A DNA stretch of 64,000 nt from Microthyrium microscopicum (Eukaryota), in the NCBI GenBank assembly GCA_010405405.1, contig MU004233.1, forward strand, positions 251,067 through 315,066, written 5' to 3'. Of this stretch, positions 48,343 to 62,000 are shown one piece after another. The stretch's first letter is position 1; each line of letters begins with the position of its first letter. Position numbers and translations under genes: made by a program. The notes under the pieces are model-generated. The model was not told the origin of the DNA, made no database searches, and worked only from the letters and a program-made list of their open reading frames with translations.

Positions 48343-48902
48343 ATGACGAGTCCTACATCGACAAATTCCTCTTTGTCAAGTAGCCAGCGCTTTCAGCGCT
48401 TTGGCCTTGATGATCGATCAACCAAGAAGATCATGGTCTACAACCATCCTCATGGACTCATAACCTCCTCACAGCAAGATCTTTGCAAAATGATAGATAG
48501 CGGCAAGTTTTACCCATCTTATCCATTCCGCCATCTAACCATCATCTTATAGATCCAAACCTTCGGGTCTCCAGAGTTCCTATCCCATGGGGTAACTCCT
48601 CCGTATCTATACGTCAACGTGACCTGATTCCTGCCGACGAGCGCGCAAGCATAAGCGACAAGCCATCAATGAACCTATCCCTCGCCTCGATCAACCTTGG
48701 TAGACTAGGTCACCTTAAGCGCATGGTCGGTCTCCAGCGCGAACTCTACGTTGTCTCTCCAGAGTCATCGCCGAACTCATCGCCGGATAACTCCCAGCAT
48801 GTGTCGCCGAACTCGACATTTGCACCAGAAAACAAGATGGAGAGACAGTCAAGACCAGAGCATGATTCTGTGGCTGCAGGTGCAGATCGGGTACAATTCT
48901 AA
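48343..48902 (+). CDS. Hypothetical 169-aa Ser-rich protein with a GC-AG intron
   Basis: ORFs 48343-48552 and 48669-48902 join in frame if the intron 48503-48552 (GCAAGT..CTAAC..TAG) is removed. A pyrimidine-rich leader lies upstream. Confidence 0.6.
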
Positions 48903-49334
48903 TGCTGTTTACGTACATGGGGTGATGCCTTGGGCATGACCAAATGTTTGGCTTTCGTGCTCTATACCCACCATTATTGATTTTGTTCTCATGCATAATG
49001 CGCAGCGAGCTTGGGTTTGGAATAAGTAGTGCAATGGAATACAAATGAAACTATTCTTATTCTCTGATCCGACCTTACAGTACAGCTAAATCAATCACTT
49101 CAACAGCCTTCCAGATCGGAATTCCTTCCATTGGAGATGAGCCATAAAGAAATCAAAGTTTGTAGTACCATGTTGACATCGTAGTGGCAAACAGGTCGTT
49201 AACCGTACCGTTTATTACTTGGAAGCATGATCGACAACCAACGCAGCAAGGTGTTATGTGTGGTGTATTATTCTTATTTGCTTTTTAGATAATCGAGATG
49301 CTGTATTCATGGTCTCGTTGCTTCATTCCTAAAC

Positions 49335-51394
49335 TCACGCTTCGGCAGCTTGAGCTTGCCGTTTCTTCTCTGCCTCCAATGCTTTCTTTTCCGCCCCTTC
49401 TTGTCGCCATCTTTGACCACATTTCATCATCCACTGTCATCTAGTCAGTCTATTATGGTATAAGAGAAGGCTCAAAACACTTACGAATATCATTGGAATC
49501 ATGCTCATGTATAACAAAGCAAGGAAAGTAAAGGCCCATCCAGCGCCTATTTTCTCAATCAATGGCACCTGTTTTGAGTCAGCTTGGTTTCTCTTTAGAA
49601 ATAAAAACCTTAAATCCGCATATTGCGTGAAGTCCGCTACAATTCGCGTTGAATTGCCCGCAGAATCATGCATTGACGAAGCTCAGAATGCTGATGAGTA
49701 AAACTTACAATAGCAGCCACACCACCTGGATTTCATTAGCACGACGTTTTCACCGGAAGAATTGTAGAACTTACCAGCAGACAACAAACATCTCACAAAA
49801 TTCACCGCCGCGGTCGCCGTAGCCGGCTTATCGCGATGCAAATCAATCAACAACGCATTCGTAATATTGAACGCACTAGAGATGCCAAATCCAATGAAGA
49901 ATAGCATCACTTCTGGTCCAGCAATACTAGTCCTGTACTTGATCGTCCAACCAAAAATGATCACAGAGAAACAGCCGAGAACATGGTTGGGCGTGACAAC
50001 TTCTAGACGGGCTCGCTCAATGGGGAAGTTGCTCAGATCTTGTTGTTTGCCGGCGAGAATGCTCATGCCGAGTCGTTTCGCGTGACGGCGAAAATTCCAG
50101 TCTACGATGTGGCCCATGGTGAGGGCGGACGCGAGACTGCCCACGCCGAGGGGGATGAAGCAGAGGCCGACGATTAGTTCGTTATAACCGTAGGCTGATT
50201 GGAGCATATAAGGCCTGAATGATTATTAGTTCATTCCTATAAGGGTAGAATAAAGCTCTTCGTATAAGAAGGTACTTACAAACTACTGGATATAACCATC
50301 TGCCCAGTAAAGAAAAAGCCGTTGTAGAAAAGCACGATCGCGCTCTCTTTGTCTCGTAGAATACTGAGAATTACCAGCGGATTTGGTATATTCATCTTTT
50401 TCTTCTTCAACGGCTCTTGAGAGATCACAGCCTCCAGCGGCTCCATATGGGCGACCGCTTTCTTTTGTTGCAGATGTCCAATCACCGATCTGTTGACTCC
50501 TTTGGCCGGAATTGATCCATTTCCGACCACATTTCGACATGTCTCTGGGAAGAAAATTGCAAAGATAACCAGCAGGACACCGCCAAAGATGGCAAGGAAC
50601 CAGAATATTGATCTCCATCCAAGATATTCAGCTAGAATCCCTCCAAGTGTGGGTCCAAAAGCTGGGCCTCTGCGACTCTAGTTAGCCACTGATATGTTTA
50701 AATCAAGAGAAAGGGAAAATACAGTAGAATTCCGGCTGTAGCATAACCGGTATATGTGCCCCTCTCGGCTGATGTAGCAATATCAGAAACCACGGCCATT
50801 GATAGAGAAATGGCGGCGCTACTGCCAGCCGCTTGAACGCATCTCAGCACCAGTAACGCCGCATAATTTGTTTGCAAGGCAAGGCCTATATTGGCCACTA
50901 TATAAATACAACTGAATGTGTTAGGAAAGTTGATCTTATTTTTTAGTTCGAGACTCACAAGCATATTAGAAAGGAAAATCGGCGCCCACCAGTATCAGAC
51001 ATGCCGCCCAAAACTGCTGGCGCAATGGCCTGAGCTATCTACAAGTTGTGAGGAAACATTCAATTACAGTGATTGAGCAACATACCATATACGTCGTGAC
51101 CGATAAATTAACCAACGATGCCGAGACATTAAGCTGTTTTGAAAGGACATTTAATGCAGGATAAAAAAGTGTTGCTGCAAATGGTGATATCAATGCTGTC
51201 ACCGACACCGCCGCAACTATAAACATCTTTGCTTTCTTGCTAAAAATCGAATATGGAGGGCCGGTTTGGACTCGCGATAAGTCTGGTCTATCCGGTATTT
51301 GTGGTGAATCTAGCTCTTGACTCGACTCCTTCGTCAAGGCGTCCACCGATAAATGCCTTTGGGCCATGTCTGCCTCGGGCTTTTCTTTCTCCAT
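49335..51394 (-). CDS. MFS multidrug transporter (DHA1/QDR-like), multi-exon
   Basis: YSIFSKKAK, motif A (GMSDTGGRRP), LLVLRCVQAAGSS, DIATSAERG, GPAFGPTLGG, FPETCRNVVGNGS, FPIERARL and ATAAVNFVRC. Includes a 17-nt exon at 49725-49709. Confidence 0.92.
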
Positions 51395-52802
51395 GATATG
51401 ATGGCGATTTTGCGCTGACTTGTGTTTCCCTATGTGTGAAATGGAAAATACAGGAAATTCAAGTTTTGCGATTCTCGAAAAGTACAAATGGGCCCAGAAA
51501 GTATTTCTATTGATGTTTTGGGAGGGATTCGCCACGGACACCAAGCAGAGTCTTGATTTATAGATACGGATACTAACTTGGCGGGAATAACGTTTTAGTA
51601 GTAAGTCAAGCGCCTATCGACCCAGCAGTCACTCGGAGCGGCACTAAAATACTTGTAGCTGCTAGTGATGGCTAAAAACCGCTGCCTATGACTTGCGAAG
51701 AACTGCTAAATCTGCCACCAAAGGCAAAATGGAGGCCGATATAGCCGCAGGAGTACATGGCGATAGTGCGCATCTGCCAGGTACCAGCAAGACATCGCAG
51801 CAGACGTCAGGATTAAGAACAAGGGTCATGGGAACTCTGCATGAAAGCCAAGCTTTTTTATCTTGAATTTGAAGCGCTCTTTACCTGCTTTTGTTGTGAA
51901 TGGTGGGCATAACGGGTGTAGTGATCCGCTCAGAATTGCGGTACCGGGCCGATGATCCACTAGATGATCACAGGCCTTTGATGTTGAGCCGGTCCCTATC
52001 AAGGTGAAGATTGTGATTCTCTCAAAGTGTTGTTTTGTAATGCTAAAGTGTCTTCCTATTATTCCGTCTTCTTTAATAGAAAGAGGCACTTTGCCCTTGC
52101 CGCCTTTACACTGTATCCGGGCTGTTGCCTGCTACCACGAGCGATTGACTGAGGGTACAGAGGTCGACCCAAGACTGTGACAGATATATCAATGGCGTTA
52201 TGGTCATCACTATATCGGCCAGATGACAACCCCGAGGGTTGACAGCTCTTTCCCGACTTGAGTTGCTGGTTTACAGTGTCTGGAGAAGTCATTGCTCGCA
52301 TGGATGGAGTTCTACTAGTCGATGGCTGATTGCTCTTCAATTTTCGTCAAAAAGGTGGCATTAGCAACATCACGCCCCAGAGTACTTGATAACGCTGAGT
52401 TTTGTAAAAAGCATCGGGTATTTGGTACGTCGATTATAGAAGACTCAGAGGAAGAACCACGACGTGAAGTTGAATATTTCGAAAGATATAAGAACCGAGC
52501 ACAGACCTTCATCAATTGTGTGGAGCCCCTATTTTAAGCCTCAATGTCACTATTTCACTGGGACTGCTGCTAGCAAAATCTTCAACCTTCTTCCACCGAC
52601 CACCAACAGCTTTAGTGCAGTACTGCATGAACTGCTTTGTATCGTTTCCAATACACTCAGCCGGATCAAGCTCTTGTCCACTCAAAGAGCAGAATTCTGC
52701 AGGAGTGGACGTCATAGTCGCGTGCTCTCGTCAAGTACAATGTCTGCCATCCACTGCACTCTACCGTCTAGTGCCTTACGCATTTTAGGTGCCTACTGAG
52801 TG

Positions 52803-54499
52803 ATGGTGAACCGTGGAGTGCCTAGCAAAGCCTGTGGTTTGTGCCGGACTAGAAAGATAAAAGTAAGTGGTTGAATTTTCAAAATGTCAAAGGACATATG
52901 AATGACCTAAAACAGTGTGATCAATCACGTCCAGCATGTTCTCAATGTATAAGGGTCAGAGCTGAATGTCCTGGCTATCGGAATCCTTTCGATCTCCTGT
53001 TTAGGGACGAAACACGTAAAGTGGAGGAAAAGTCTCGCTCGGCAGCAGCTGCTGGTACATTCGGCAGTACAAACGCTCAGCCGGTAGCAATAATGGCCAT
53101 TCCTAGCTCACCAGCCATATTTCTTGCTTCGAGACCTAGTAAACAGAATTTGCTTCACTCTATCTCGCCTACAGCAACAGAATTAGTGCTGCCACTCTTT
53201 TTCAACTATTTTACTGTAGATGATACAGCATCTGGTCATTCATTACTCTCTTTTCTTCCTCCAAAGCTATCTACCGCTCCAGATGACCCTTTATCTGCGG
53301 CAGTGTTGGCTGTGGGATATTCCATCCTCGCCAATGTTACAAGGTCTCCAGATAGGCTAAACTTGGCAAGGCAACAATACGCAACTGCCGTTCGTACAAC
53401 ATGTACCGCCATTGAAAAGTCTAGTCCACCGCAAAGCTGCGAAGTTGTGCGCGTCATACTGATGCTCGCGCTCTACGAGGTAACTTCAGCAGTTGCGTTA
53501 GCTCAAGGTTACTTCGCACTAATTGAATCCAGGCGCTTAGTTGCAGAGATTCGCAGTCTATCAATCTTTGGTCGAAGCACCTACAAGGGGCTGCTACGAT
53601 ATATCAAGTCCAAGGTGTAGATATGCCAAATTGCGTTTTGGGCAACAAGGGTGCTAAATTGCTGTTGGAACTGCAAAGTCAAACGGTGGGTCTCAACATT
53701 CCATCCCGCTTGGTTGTCTCTTATGCCATCACAGATCAGTAATTGCTTGCAAAGAAAGCTTCCTGTTCCCGTCGTCTTGTCTGAACTGTACGATAGCGCG
53801 GAAGTCTACATGCCGTCTGATGAATTGCATCGACTAACGCTGGGCAAAATATTGATTCGGTTGGCCAACCTCCAAGCTGGCCTAGCACAAGACATTTCAC
53901 CGGATCCGACTCAGGCTATCAAAATCTTGATCGAAATCGACCGTGATCTAGACAAGTGGGTACTTGATACTCCTTCAACTTGGAATCCCAAAGTAAGACC
54001 TTGCGTTCCTGGAGGCTTCTTTTACACGAACTCATTTCACCATTATCTGGGCTTTTCGATTGCGACAACTTGGAACCGTTACCGTCTTGCGGGATGCCTT
54101 CTCAAAGACATGATACTCAAATTTCAGGATCCAATTGCTGATCCTTGCTTGGTCTCGCCTAATTACTGTCATCAAGCAAAAAGGCACATCAAAGAACTCT
54201 GTGATGAAATCTGCTCTAGTGTTCCATATATCGTTGGTCAGAAGAGTCCGTATGATGCTACAAGACCTAATGTTGGCGCTTTCGAAGTAATGTGGCCACT
54301 TTTCGTTTGCACGAAGATGTCCTGTATCCCCGAAGAGCAGCGAAGCTGGGCTGCCACGCAGTTGGAAAGGATTGGACATGAATCAGGAGTCCGTCAGGCC
54401 ATTCCACTGGCCGCTTTGGCGAAGCAGCAGACGAACACCTCCAGTTCACACCTCTATCTTGATCCTACATGGAGAGATTTCAAGTTGATCCATACCTGA
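52803..54499 (+). CDS. Zn(II)2Cys6 transcription factor with a fungal-specific regulatory domain, multi-exon
   Basis: MVNRGVPSKACGLCRTRKIK-(intron)-CDQSRPACSQCIRVRAECPGYR..LFRDET. The C-terminal region contains WNRYR, EICSSVPY, WPLF and LERIGHESGVRQA. Confidence 0.93.
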
Positions 54500-55261
54500 G
54501 GTTGGGCCATGAAGAACGAAATTTTCTGGAGCTTTCTTATGAGGCCGTGGCGCTACTATAAGATCGATAAAAATACCCAGAAACATTCATGCCTAACAGA
54601 TTTTGTATCTTTGCACTATCTTACCTGCGGACCAACTACTAGTTAAGTATTTAGATGACTAAGTGCGGTACCCTGATCAACTTCGACAACCAAATCCTTG
54701 CGTGGCAACGAGCATACATTTAACAGACAATTATTGTTATTGCCAAACAAAGATATTGTTTGCTTTCGTGGCGATACTGTTACTTCGTGATTAAACGTAG
54801 GCAATTGCAGCCAGTAAAGCTGATGCGAGACGCCCGTTTTATTATTGTCTGCAACCTGAAGCCGCTGGTTTTATAGCCGGAAATGCAACAGGCAATATTA
54901 TCCTACACACATGGTCTTGCTGACAAAAAGTCACATTTCCAGATGCAAAAAGCTTCTCGTAAGCACTAAGTTTATTCCCTACGTACTAATAGCTCATCTC
55001 AGCACAGCAAAAAACGGATGACTTTGCGAGCACTGCCTGCTGAGGTGATCTTGAAAAGTCAAGGCGCCCAACAGATTGCTGCAGTTGATATATCCTCAAT
55101 CTTAGCTTATATCTATTAAATGGTGACAAGAAAATTTCCACCAGACCAAGATGATGAGGACCCCATTCATTCTCGAAAGAAATCCCCAAAACAAAGCCGC
55201 CAACCACAGACTTCAGAAATCGAATTGGCTAGCCCAGCTCTGACCACAACCTCCTACATGT

Positions 55262-57086
55262 ATGGCAGTTTCTCCAGTCAGTACTATGAACCGTCCTGCT
55301 TACGCCTCTCGCGAAACCTTTGAACCTGGCGACAATGTTGAAGTGCCAAATGCAGTCTTAGAATCACGAAAGTCCTATGATTCAAAGACTCAAGCACATC
55401 AATCGAATGAACAAAAAACTGCATTCATCCCGCCTTCAAATAACAAATCTTCGCAGAGGGAAAACGTGCCATGGCCTTGGCGGGCTATACTGGCTCAACT
55501 AATTGCACTCGCATGCCTTGCGGCCTGTTGGATCGTACTAGCAGTCTCAAATCGCAAATCCCAATCGAGTTGGCATGTTCGTCCTTCTGTTATCTTAGGT
55601 ATCTTCTTTCTGTCTGAGTTACATCCACAAAGAAGGAGCTACGGTTTCTTGGTGGCTCAAACTCTCCTCGGGTAGCACATTTAGAGAACTACATCGTGAA
55701 TGGAAAGTTGGCCAAAATTCCCTCGACGCGGCCTCTCTTCTTTTACATAAGTCATCATCTGCAATGCTTGCCACCGGAACTCTCTCCTTGGGGCTTTACA
55801 TTATTGTGAACCCCCTACTGCAACGAGCAGCCAATGTGGAACAAGATACGAGCATCAAGTCCGTTGTGGTAAATACATCACTTCCAATCAGCGTCCCTCT
55901 CGATTGGACTACTGTAGCAGAGGAAGTGCTCCCAATTCATGCAGGAGCGATAAGTTCGCAATTACTTGATGTTCTTAAAGGTTACAATGCAGGAACCCCA
56001 GCTGCTGCAAACGTAACTGGATGCGATGGCACGTGTACCGGCTCCGTAAGTGCTTTTGGATTGAATGGAACATGCCAGGAAACTTCGAGCTCAGCACACG
56101 ATTGGGCACAGGCTTTCTTTGCAAATAACACTAGGAATTCGGCAACCTTATTCAATGTCACCTTTCCTGATATAAATCTTCAAAACGGTGACTGGGATGC
56201 CATTCCCCAGTTTCAATTCCTGCTTACTTTTTGGACTGCCTCAAATGCTACAAACAACTCTGCGCCGATTTCATCTCTTCCCCAAGGAAAATATCAATAC
56301 TGCCCTGGGATTGTCACCACGAAGAATTGTACATACGATGTGGACCTAGTCGACTATCCAGTATCAATGACCAGTTCCTCCATTGTACTCAACAGTAACA
56401 ACTCATATTTTGGACCCCCACAACATAAGTCCAAGCACCTAGACAAGTTATTTACATATGCTGAGCGACTAGCGGGCTTCCAGTTAGCTGCACGGAACCT
56501 CTTCTCATCATTGGCGGTTATATCAAACCCCAAAATTATCTACATTGGCGCAAACAGAGAGTTCAATTACGCGAGTTGGGACTTGGGCACTCAAGGAAGT
56601 CTCGCATCAGAACAGGTTCAATTCAACTTTTCAGACTCTGGTTCTTGCTTTCAGACATACACAGACCCGACAGGGCAGATCACCCGTGGTCTTAGCGATA
56701 TTCTCCTCCGCTCCGCCATTGCAGCAGCACGGGCACAAAATGATATTAGGGGCTACACTTCGGTATACCAACAGAACATTACAGCCCAGCAGCGTAAAGA
56801 GGATTTGGTATTCGTCTCACACTACCTCTACTTTGCTATTGCAGCAGCAATCACGCTGATTGAGATGATATTGGTTTCCTTGCCATTCTGGGGGTTTTGG
56901 AGACTCAATCGGGCAGTGACATTGTCTCCACTGGAGACCGCATTTGCTTTGAAGGAACAGATCGGGTTCAAGGAAGATATTAGCATGGGAAGCAAAGAGC
57001 TATTAGAAGTCATCGGAGACGAGAGTGTCCGATATCGATTGGTATTGAAGGATATCAAATACGAGAGGGCATGCAATTGTACCTAG
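55262..57086 (+). pseudogene. DUF3176-like membrane protein gene with a frameshift near 55600
   Basis: The upstream frame ends its family-like part at ..SSWHVRPSVILG. A different frame opens at 55599 (VSSFCLSYIHKEGATVSWW..GSTFRELHREW) and continues through PLLQRA, CDGTC and GFWRLNRAVTLSPLETA. No intron of normal length reconciles the frames. Confidence 0.7.
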
Positions 57087-58233
57087 CTTGCTTTTCGTCT
57101 ACCTTCCTGATCCGGCAGGGCTCTCCCTGTTTAGGTTTAGCTTCGGGACCACGGTCCGCTCCGACAACCAATCAAATAGCATCGCAATATCTGTAGCACA
57201 AAATCCACAAATGGATCATCCAATCGTTTACAGTAGTGAAGATTGTTTAGAGCTTCTTTCAACTTCTTAACGTGAAGAAAAAATAATCGGCATACCTCCT
57301 GGTACGATATGCTCAATTCATTGCCCTTTGTATCTGCTTATGTATTTCGCATAGGCCATAAAAGCTGGTGTCTATTCGTCGAATACTATGGAGTATGGCA
57401 AGTCGCGCAAGCTCTCTAACAGTGAATTGCCGCTCCTTGGCTCTATCTTTGCATCCTCTCAGGGCCACCTCAATTTATCACGAAATTCATGGAAGCTACT
57501 TGCATGCTTAGATTATATGTATAATTTGAAGTTCAGCTGAAAGGTCTTTTTCTTCTCATAAAACAAGATGAGTCGATATACAAACTATTGGTGCGCCTAT
57601 GAAATAGTGGAAAAAACCTAGGAGTTAGACTGGCGCTAAATGATGCGCGTCGTCTTTCAGTCGTTGGATGGTGCCGTGCCGTTGAAAATGCATGGGTGTA
57701 GATCACTTGACGAACTTATCCAATGGACTTGCTCTCTTGGAAGACGTGATTCAAATGGTCTCAAGAAATCCAGTTTTGGTATTTTAGCATGAACACAAGA
57801 CTTTCCATTATCCCTTGTTTCTTAGTCACTAAAGCACACCGAACCAGATCTTCGGGAAATTGATCGACCACTAGCACCGTATTCGAGTGAATGAATGTCC
57901 AACTGTAGAGCTGGCATTACTCACGATAGCTAGGTCTTGGAGCTTTCAGTGTCACCAAAGTTGAACAGAAGAAAGACATTTGCATTAGCAGCTCGCTAAG
58001 CCGGCACATAGTTGGAGTGTAACTGATCTTTTGTTTTGCAATCATGGTATAGCTAATCTTACAAAAATTCACAATCTATAAAGACTTGGGACTCTAGACA
58101 AAGTTTGAACCGTTCTCTAAGCGCTGTCATTTCCTAGCTGAACAGTCCTAGGCTCAAGATCTCCGTTCATTATTATTCTTCGGAGTCTTGATATACGATC
58201 GATTTGAATTGTCAAATCTCGTTTTCTGTCGCA

Positions 58234-59018
58234 ATGTTAAAAGCACTTCTCACTCTACTTTTCGTGGCTCTGGTAAGCTGCGCCCCTCTGGCAATTTTAC
58301 TCCCTCGCACCAGCTGTTATAGTGGAGTTTACGTAATTGGGGCTCGCGGTTCTGAAGAAGATGCTGGCTTTGGAAGTACTGCATCGGTGGTGAACGGTGT
58401 TCTGGCAGCTATACCAAATTCTGGATCCATCGCTCTCGACTATCCAGCCTCTGTCTTCGACCCTGTCTACCCGGATTCAGTGACTGATGGCATCAACACT
58501 TTGATCAGCCTGATTAAAAACTACGCCGACAGTTGCAGCGGCAAGATTGTCCTTGTGGGCTTCAGTCAAGGCGCAAATGTGATAACTGATGCCCTTGCTG
58601 GTGGTGTTGACAAGCCTACGCCACTTTCTCCTAGCTACGTTTCTCGCAGTAAGTCCCAGTCAACGAAAGTTTTTACCGAGAACGAAGTTTAAGATTTGCG
58701 CAGTTTCAGCTATTGCCGTATTTGGGGATCCAAGCTTTACACATGGTCAGTCATTCGACGTTGGTACGGATACTACAGATGACGGTGTAAGTTATGTTCT
58801 CTGACACAGAAAGACCTTGCTGACTTGTAAAGGTTTTCGCTCGCGAAGAGGGGGGTGCTAGTCTGGCGCTTCTCAATACATACGCCAGCAAATTGAGGAG
58901 CTACTGCGATGATGGCGACGTCTACTGCGCTTCCGGTGATGATTCGACTACTCATAGTCAGGAAGTTCCAACCTGGGGAACCAACGCAGTTGACTTTATT
59001 GTTAGCCAAAGCACTTAA
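58234..59018 (+). CDS. Secreted CE5 cutinase-family esterase (acetylxylan esterase II-like), 3 exons
   Basis: Signal peptide, GARGSEE, LDYPA, the nucleophile motif GFSQG, FGDP, and YCDDGDVYCASG..H containing the Asp/His of the catalytic triad. Confidence 0.93.
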
Positions 59019-59058
59019 ATTAGGTTTCAAGTACTGATCCGACTGCATAATACCTACT

Positions 59059-62000
59059 TGTGAGGAATCCTCACAGGTTTGGTGTTGTGGTGTTTGGATG
59101 CAGAGATCTAATCTTGCAGATAAGATCTCTTTATCCCGTTTAGGGTTAGTGTGTCTAAGGATTCCCTAGGCCCTATATCTTCGCATCCGTAGCTATATCT
59201 CTAGATCTCTTCTCTCTATACTTAGATCCTATAATACTAGCTACTTTTTATTTACCTATTATACTTATTAGCTCCTTATATAATCTAAGTATCTCTATAT
59301 TAAATTTTACGCTTTATATATATTTTACGTATTATTAATAAACACGTAGAGGTATTTAATAATTCCTATTAAATTACTATAGTTATACTATAAATTTAAC
59401 TAATTAATATTTAGTAATACTACTCTTAATTAAGATTAGTATTACTAAAGGTGCTAGTAAATTTATTAATACTAACTAGAGCAACGTAAATTTAGTATTA
59501 TTTACTAAAATAAAGACTACTTAGAGGCCTAAGCTTTACTCTATAGTATTCTTTTTAGATCTATAAAGGTATTTATATTACTTCCTCTCTATTAACTATA
59601 AAATATACTTACCTTATTCTTTATTTAATTTATATTTATTAATCTATTAAATTAGTTCTAATTTATTAAGAAATACTATATTATTTAGCTATATATTACT
59701 ATAAGTAAGACGCTACTTATTCCTAGTTTTAAACTAGTATCCTTAAGTAACTCTTATATTGCCTATAAGTATAGTAGCGTTAGTATTTAAAGTTACTTAG
59801 TTTTACCTTACTATAGTAGAAATAGCTATTTTGCTAAGAAGCTAGTTATCCTAAATATAGGAACTAATTAATAGTCTACTATTATATTAACGCTATAGTA
59901 AGAGAGTATCCTAATAGTTAAATCTATTAAAAAGTTATCTTTATTACCTAAAGTAGCTTTAAATAATAAAGATAAAAAATTTCTCTATTAAAATACTTAA
60001 GTTAGTATTAATATTTAACAACTTTATAAGATCATTACTAAACTATTAACTATAATATCTATTATACTAGTAAGTATAATAAAAGAGCTAGGATTAAAAA
60101 GTAAAGAGGTATTAACCTCTAGTACTATTATTAGTAGTCTACTAAATAAAGGCGTATTAGAAGTAAGATTACCTATTAATATTTACTATTAGTATTAGAA
60201 ATTAAACTTAATAGACTTTCTAAGATAGGTATTATAGCCTAAGTACTTTAGCCTAATAGCTATTAAAAGTTAGTAAAGCTACTTCTTTAGTTTTATTATA
60301 TTCTATAGTTAAGAGAACTAATAAGTTTTTAACTATTATAATTAGTAGTTAAATATACCTCTAAGGTAACTTAGCTTATAAATAGACTACTCTAGCTTAA
60401 AGAGAAACTTTAGAGGTTCCTAAATAATAAGATAGAAGCTAAGGAATCTTCTTATAATTTCTTAGTAATTACTTCTATTCCTATTTTTATATACTTAATC
60501 TATTAAGTATTTTATAATCTTCTTATTTACTTTATAATCCTAATCTCTAATATTATAATTACTTTTTACTAATAGAGTACTTATAAAGCTTTTTTTTTAA
60601 AATACTATAATTAGTTATAAGTAATAAATTAATAAAACCTAAAGATAAGGCTTCTAAATTAAAACTAGCTAAATTAAATTTAGTTATACTAAATATAGCT
60701 ATACTAACTTTAATAAGACTAAGTAGCTTTATAAATAATTCTACTAATATAGAATAAGCTTATTTAGAACTAGTAGCAAATATAAAAAAAATACTAAAAT
60801 AGCTATTAGTTAAAATATAATAAATACGTAATATACTTAAAATTAAATAACTTAAAATAATAAAAGTAGCTTATAAATATAGAGAACTTTACTTAATTAA
60901 ATAAATTAATAAATAGAGTTAATATAATACTAATCTAGCTATTTTAGCTTATATTAAATATAATAGCTCTAAATTAGCTTATAGTAGTAATAAACTATAA
61001 ATATATAAAGCTAAAAGTTTATAAGAGTATAAAGATTAAGTCTTTAATATAACTAATATACTTACTATAAAGAAATATAAAGAAGATTTATACTTAATAG
61101 TTTTCTAAATTTATAATTATCTTAATAAGAAGGTTATATAACTTACTTAGAATAATTATATTAATTTCTAAACCTAATTAGCTAAACTAAACTAATATAA
61201 ATCTATATAAACCCTTATAGAATAATAAGCTTTTAAACTTTTTAATCTACTTATTAAGAGACGTTATAAAGCCTTTTAAAGCTTCTTAACTACTATAATA
61301 AAGAAAAAAACCTTTTAAGAATAACTTTAATAAGCTTATACTTCTCTTTTATAAGTATAAGATTAATAATATATTAATTTACTTATTATTCTTTAGTAAT
61401 AAATTATCTACTTACCTTAAAAATAATATAATCTTTAATTTAGACTATATAATTAAAATAGCTAAAGAAGCTTTATTTTAATATATTTTAAAGTACTTAA
61501 AACTTATTAGTAATTAAAAAATACTAACTACTTTTAAGAAAGATACTAAAAATAGTAAATTTTCTAAATAACGTTTAATATTTATAAATCTAAAGAATAA
61601 GACTTAATAAGATTTCTAAAAAGATAAATTAAAGAAGTTTAAACTAAGCTCTTTTAATAAGGTTTTAAAGCTAAATAAACTAAAGAGTAATATAATACCT
61701 AAAATTAAATAGTTATTTTTTAATAACTTTAATAAAGATAAGTACTAAAACTATAGTAAGATAGGCTATATAACTTATAATTATCCTAATTTAAAGCTAA
61801 AGAGAATTAAAAGAAAAGATTAAGCTATAAGGTAGCTAACTAAAATCTTATAGCTTTTATTATAAATAATCTAGTCTTTAATTTTCTTAGTAACTTCTAT
61901 AAAGTTATTATTACTTAGGTCTTAGAAATAATAAGAAATAAAAGAATTTTAAATAAAAAAGTATACTAATTAAAGAAATTATACTAAATTATTTTATAAG

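Noticed and set aside
45824..59018. Secondary-metabolite cluster or Starship cargo
   Set aside because: No PKS, NRPS, terpene synthase or tailoring enzyme, and no DUF3435 tyrosine-recombinase captain, is visible in the window.
59139..59150. Telomere-like TTAGGGTTAG
   Set aside because: Fewer than two full units, inside a probable LTR. Consistent with chance.
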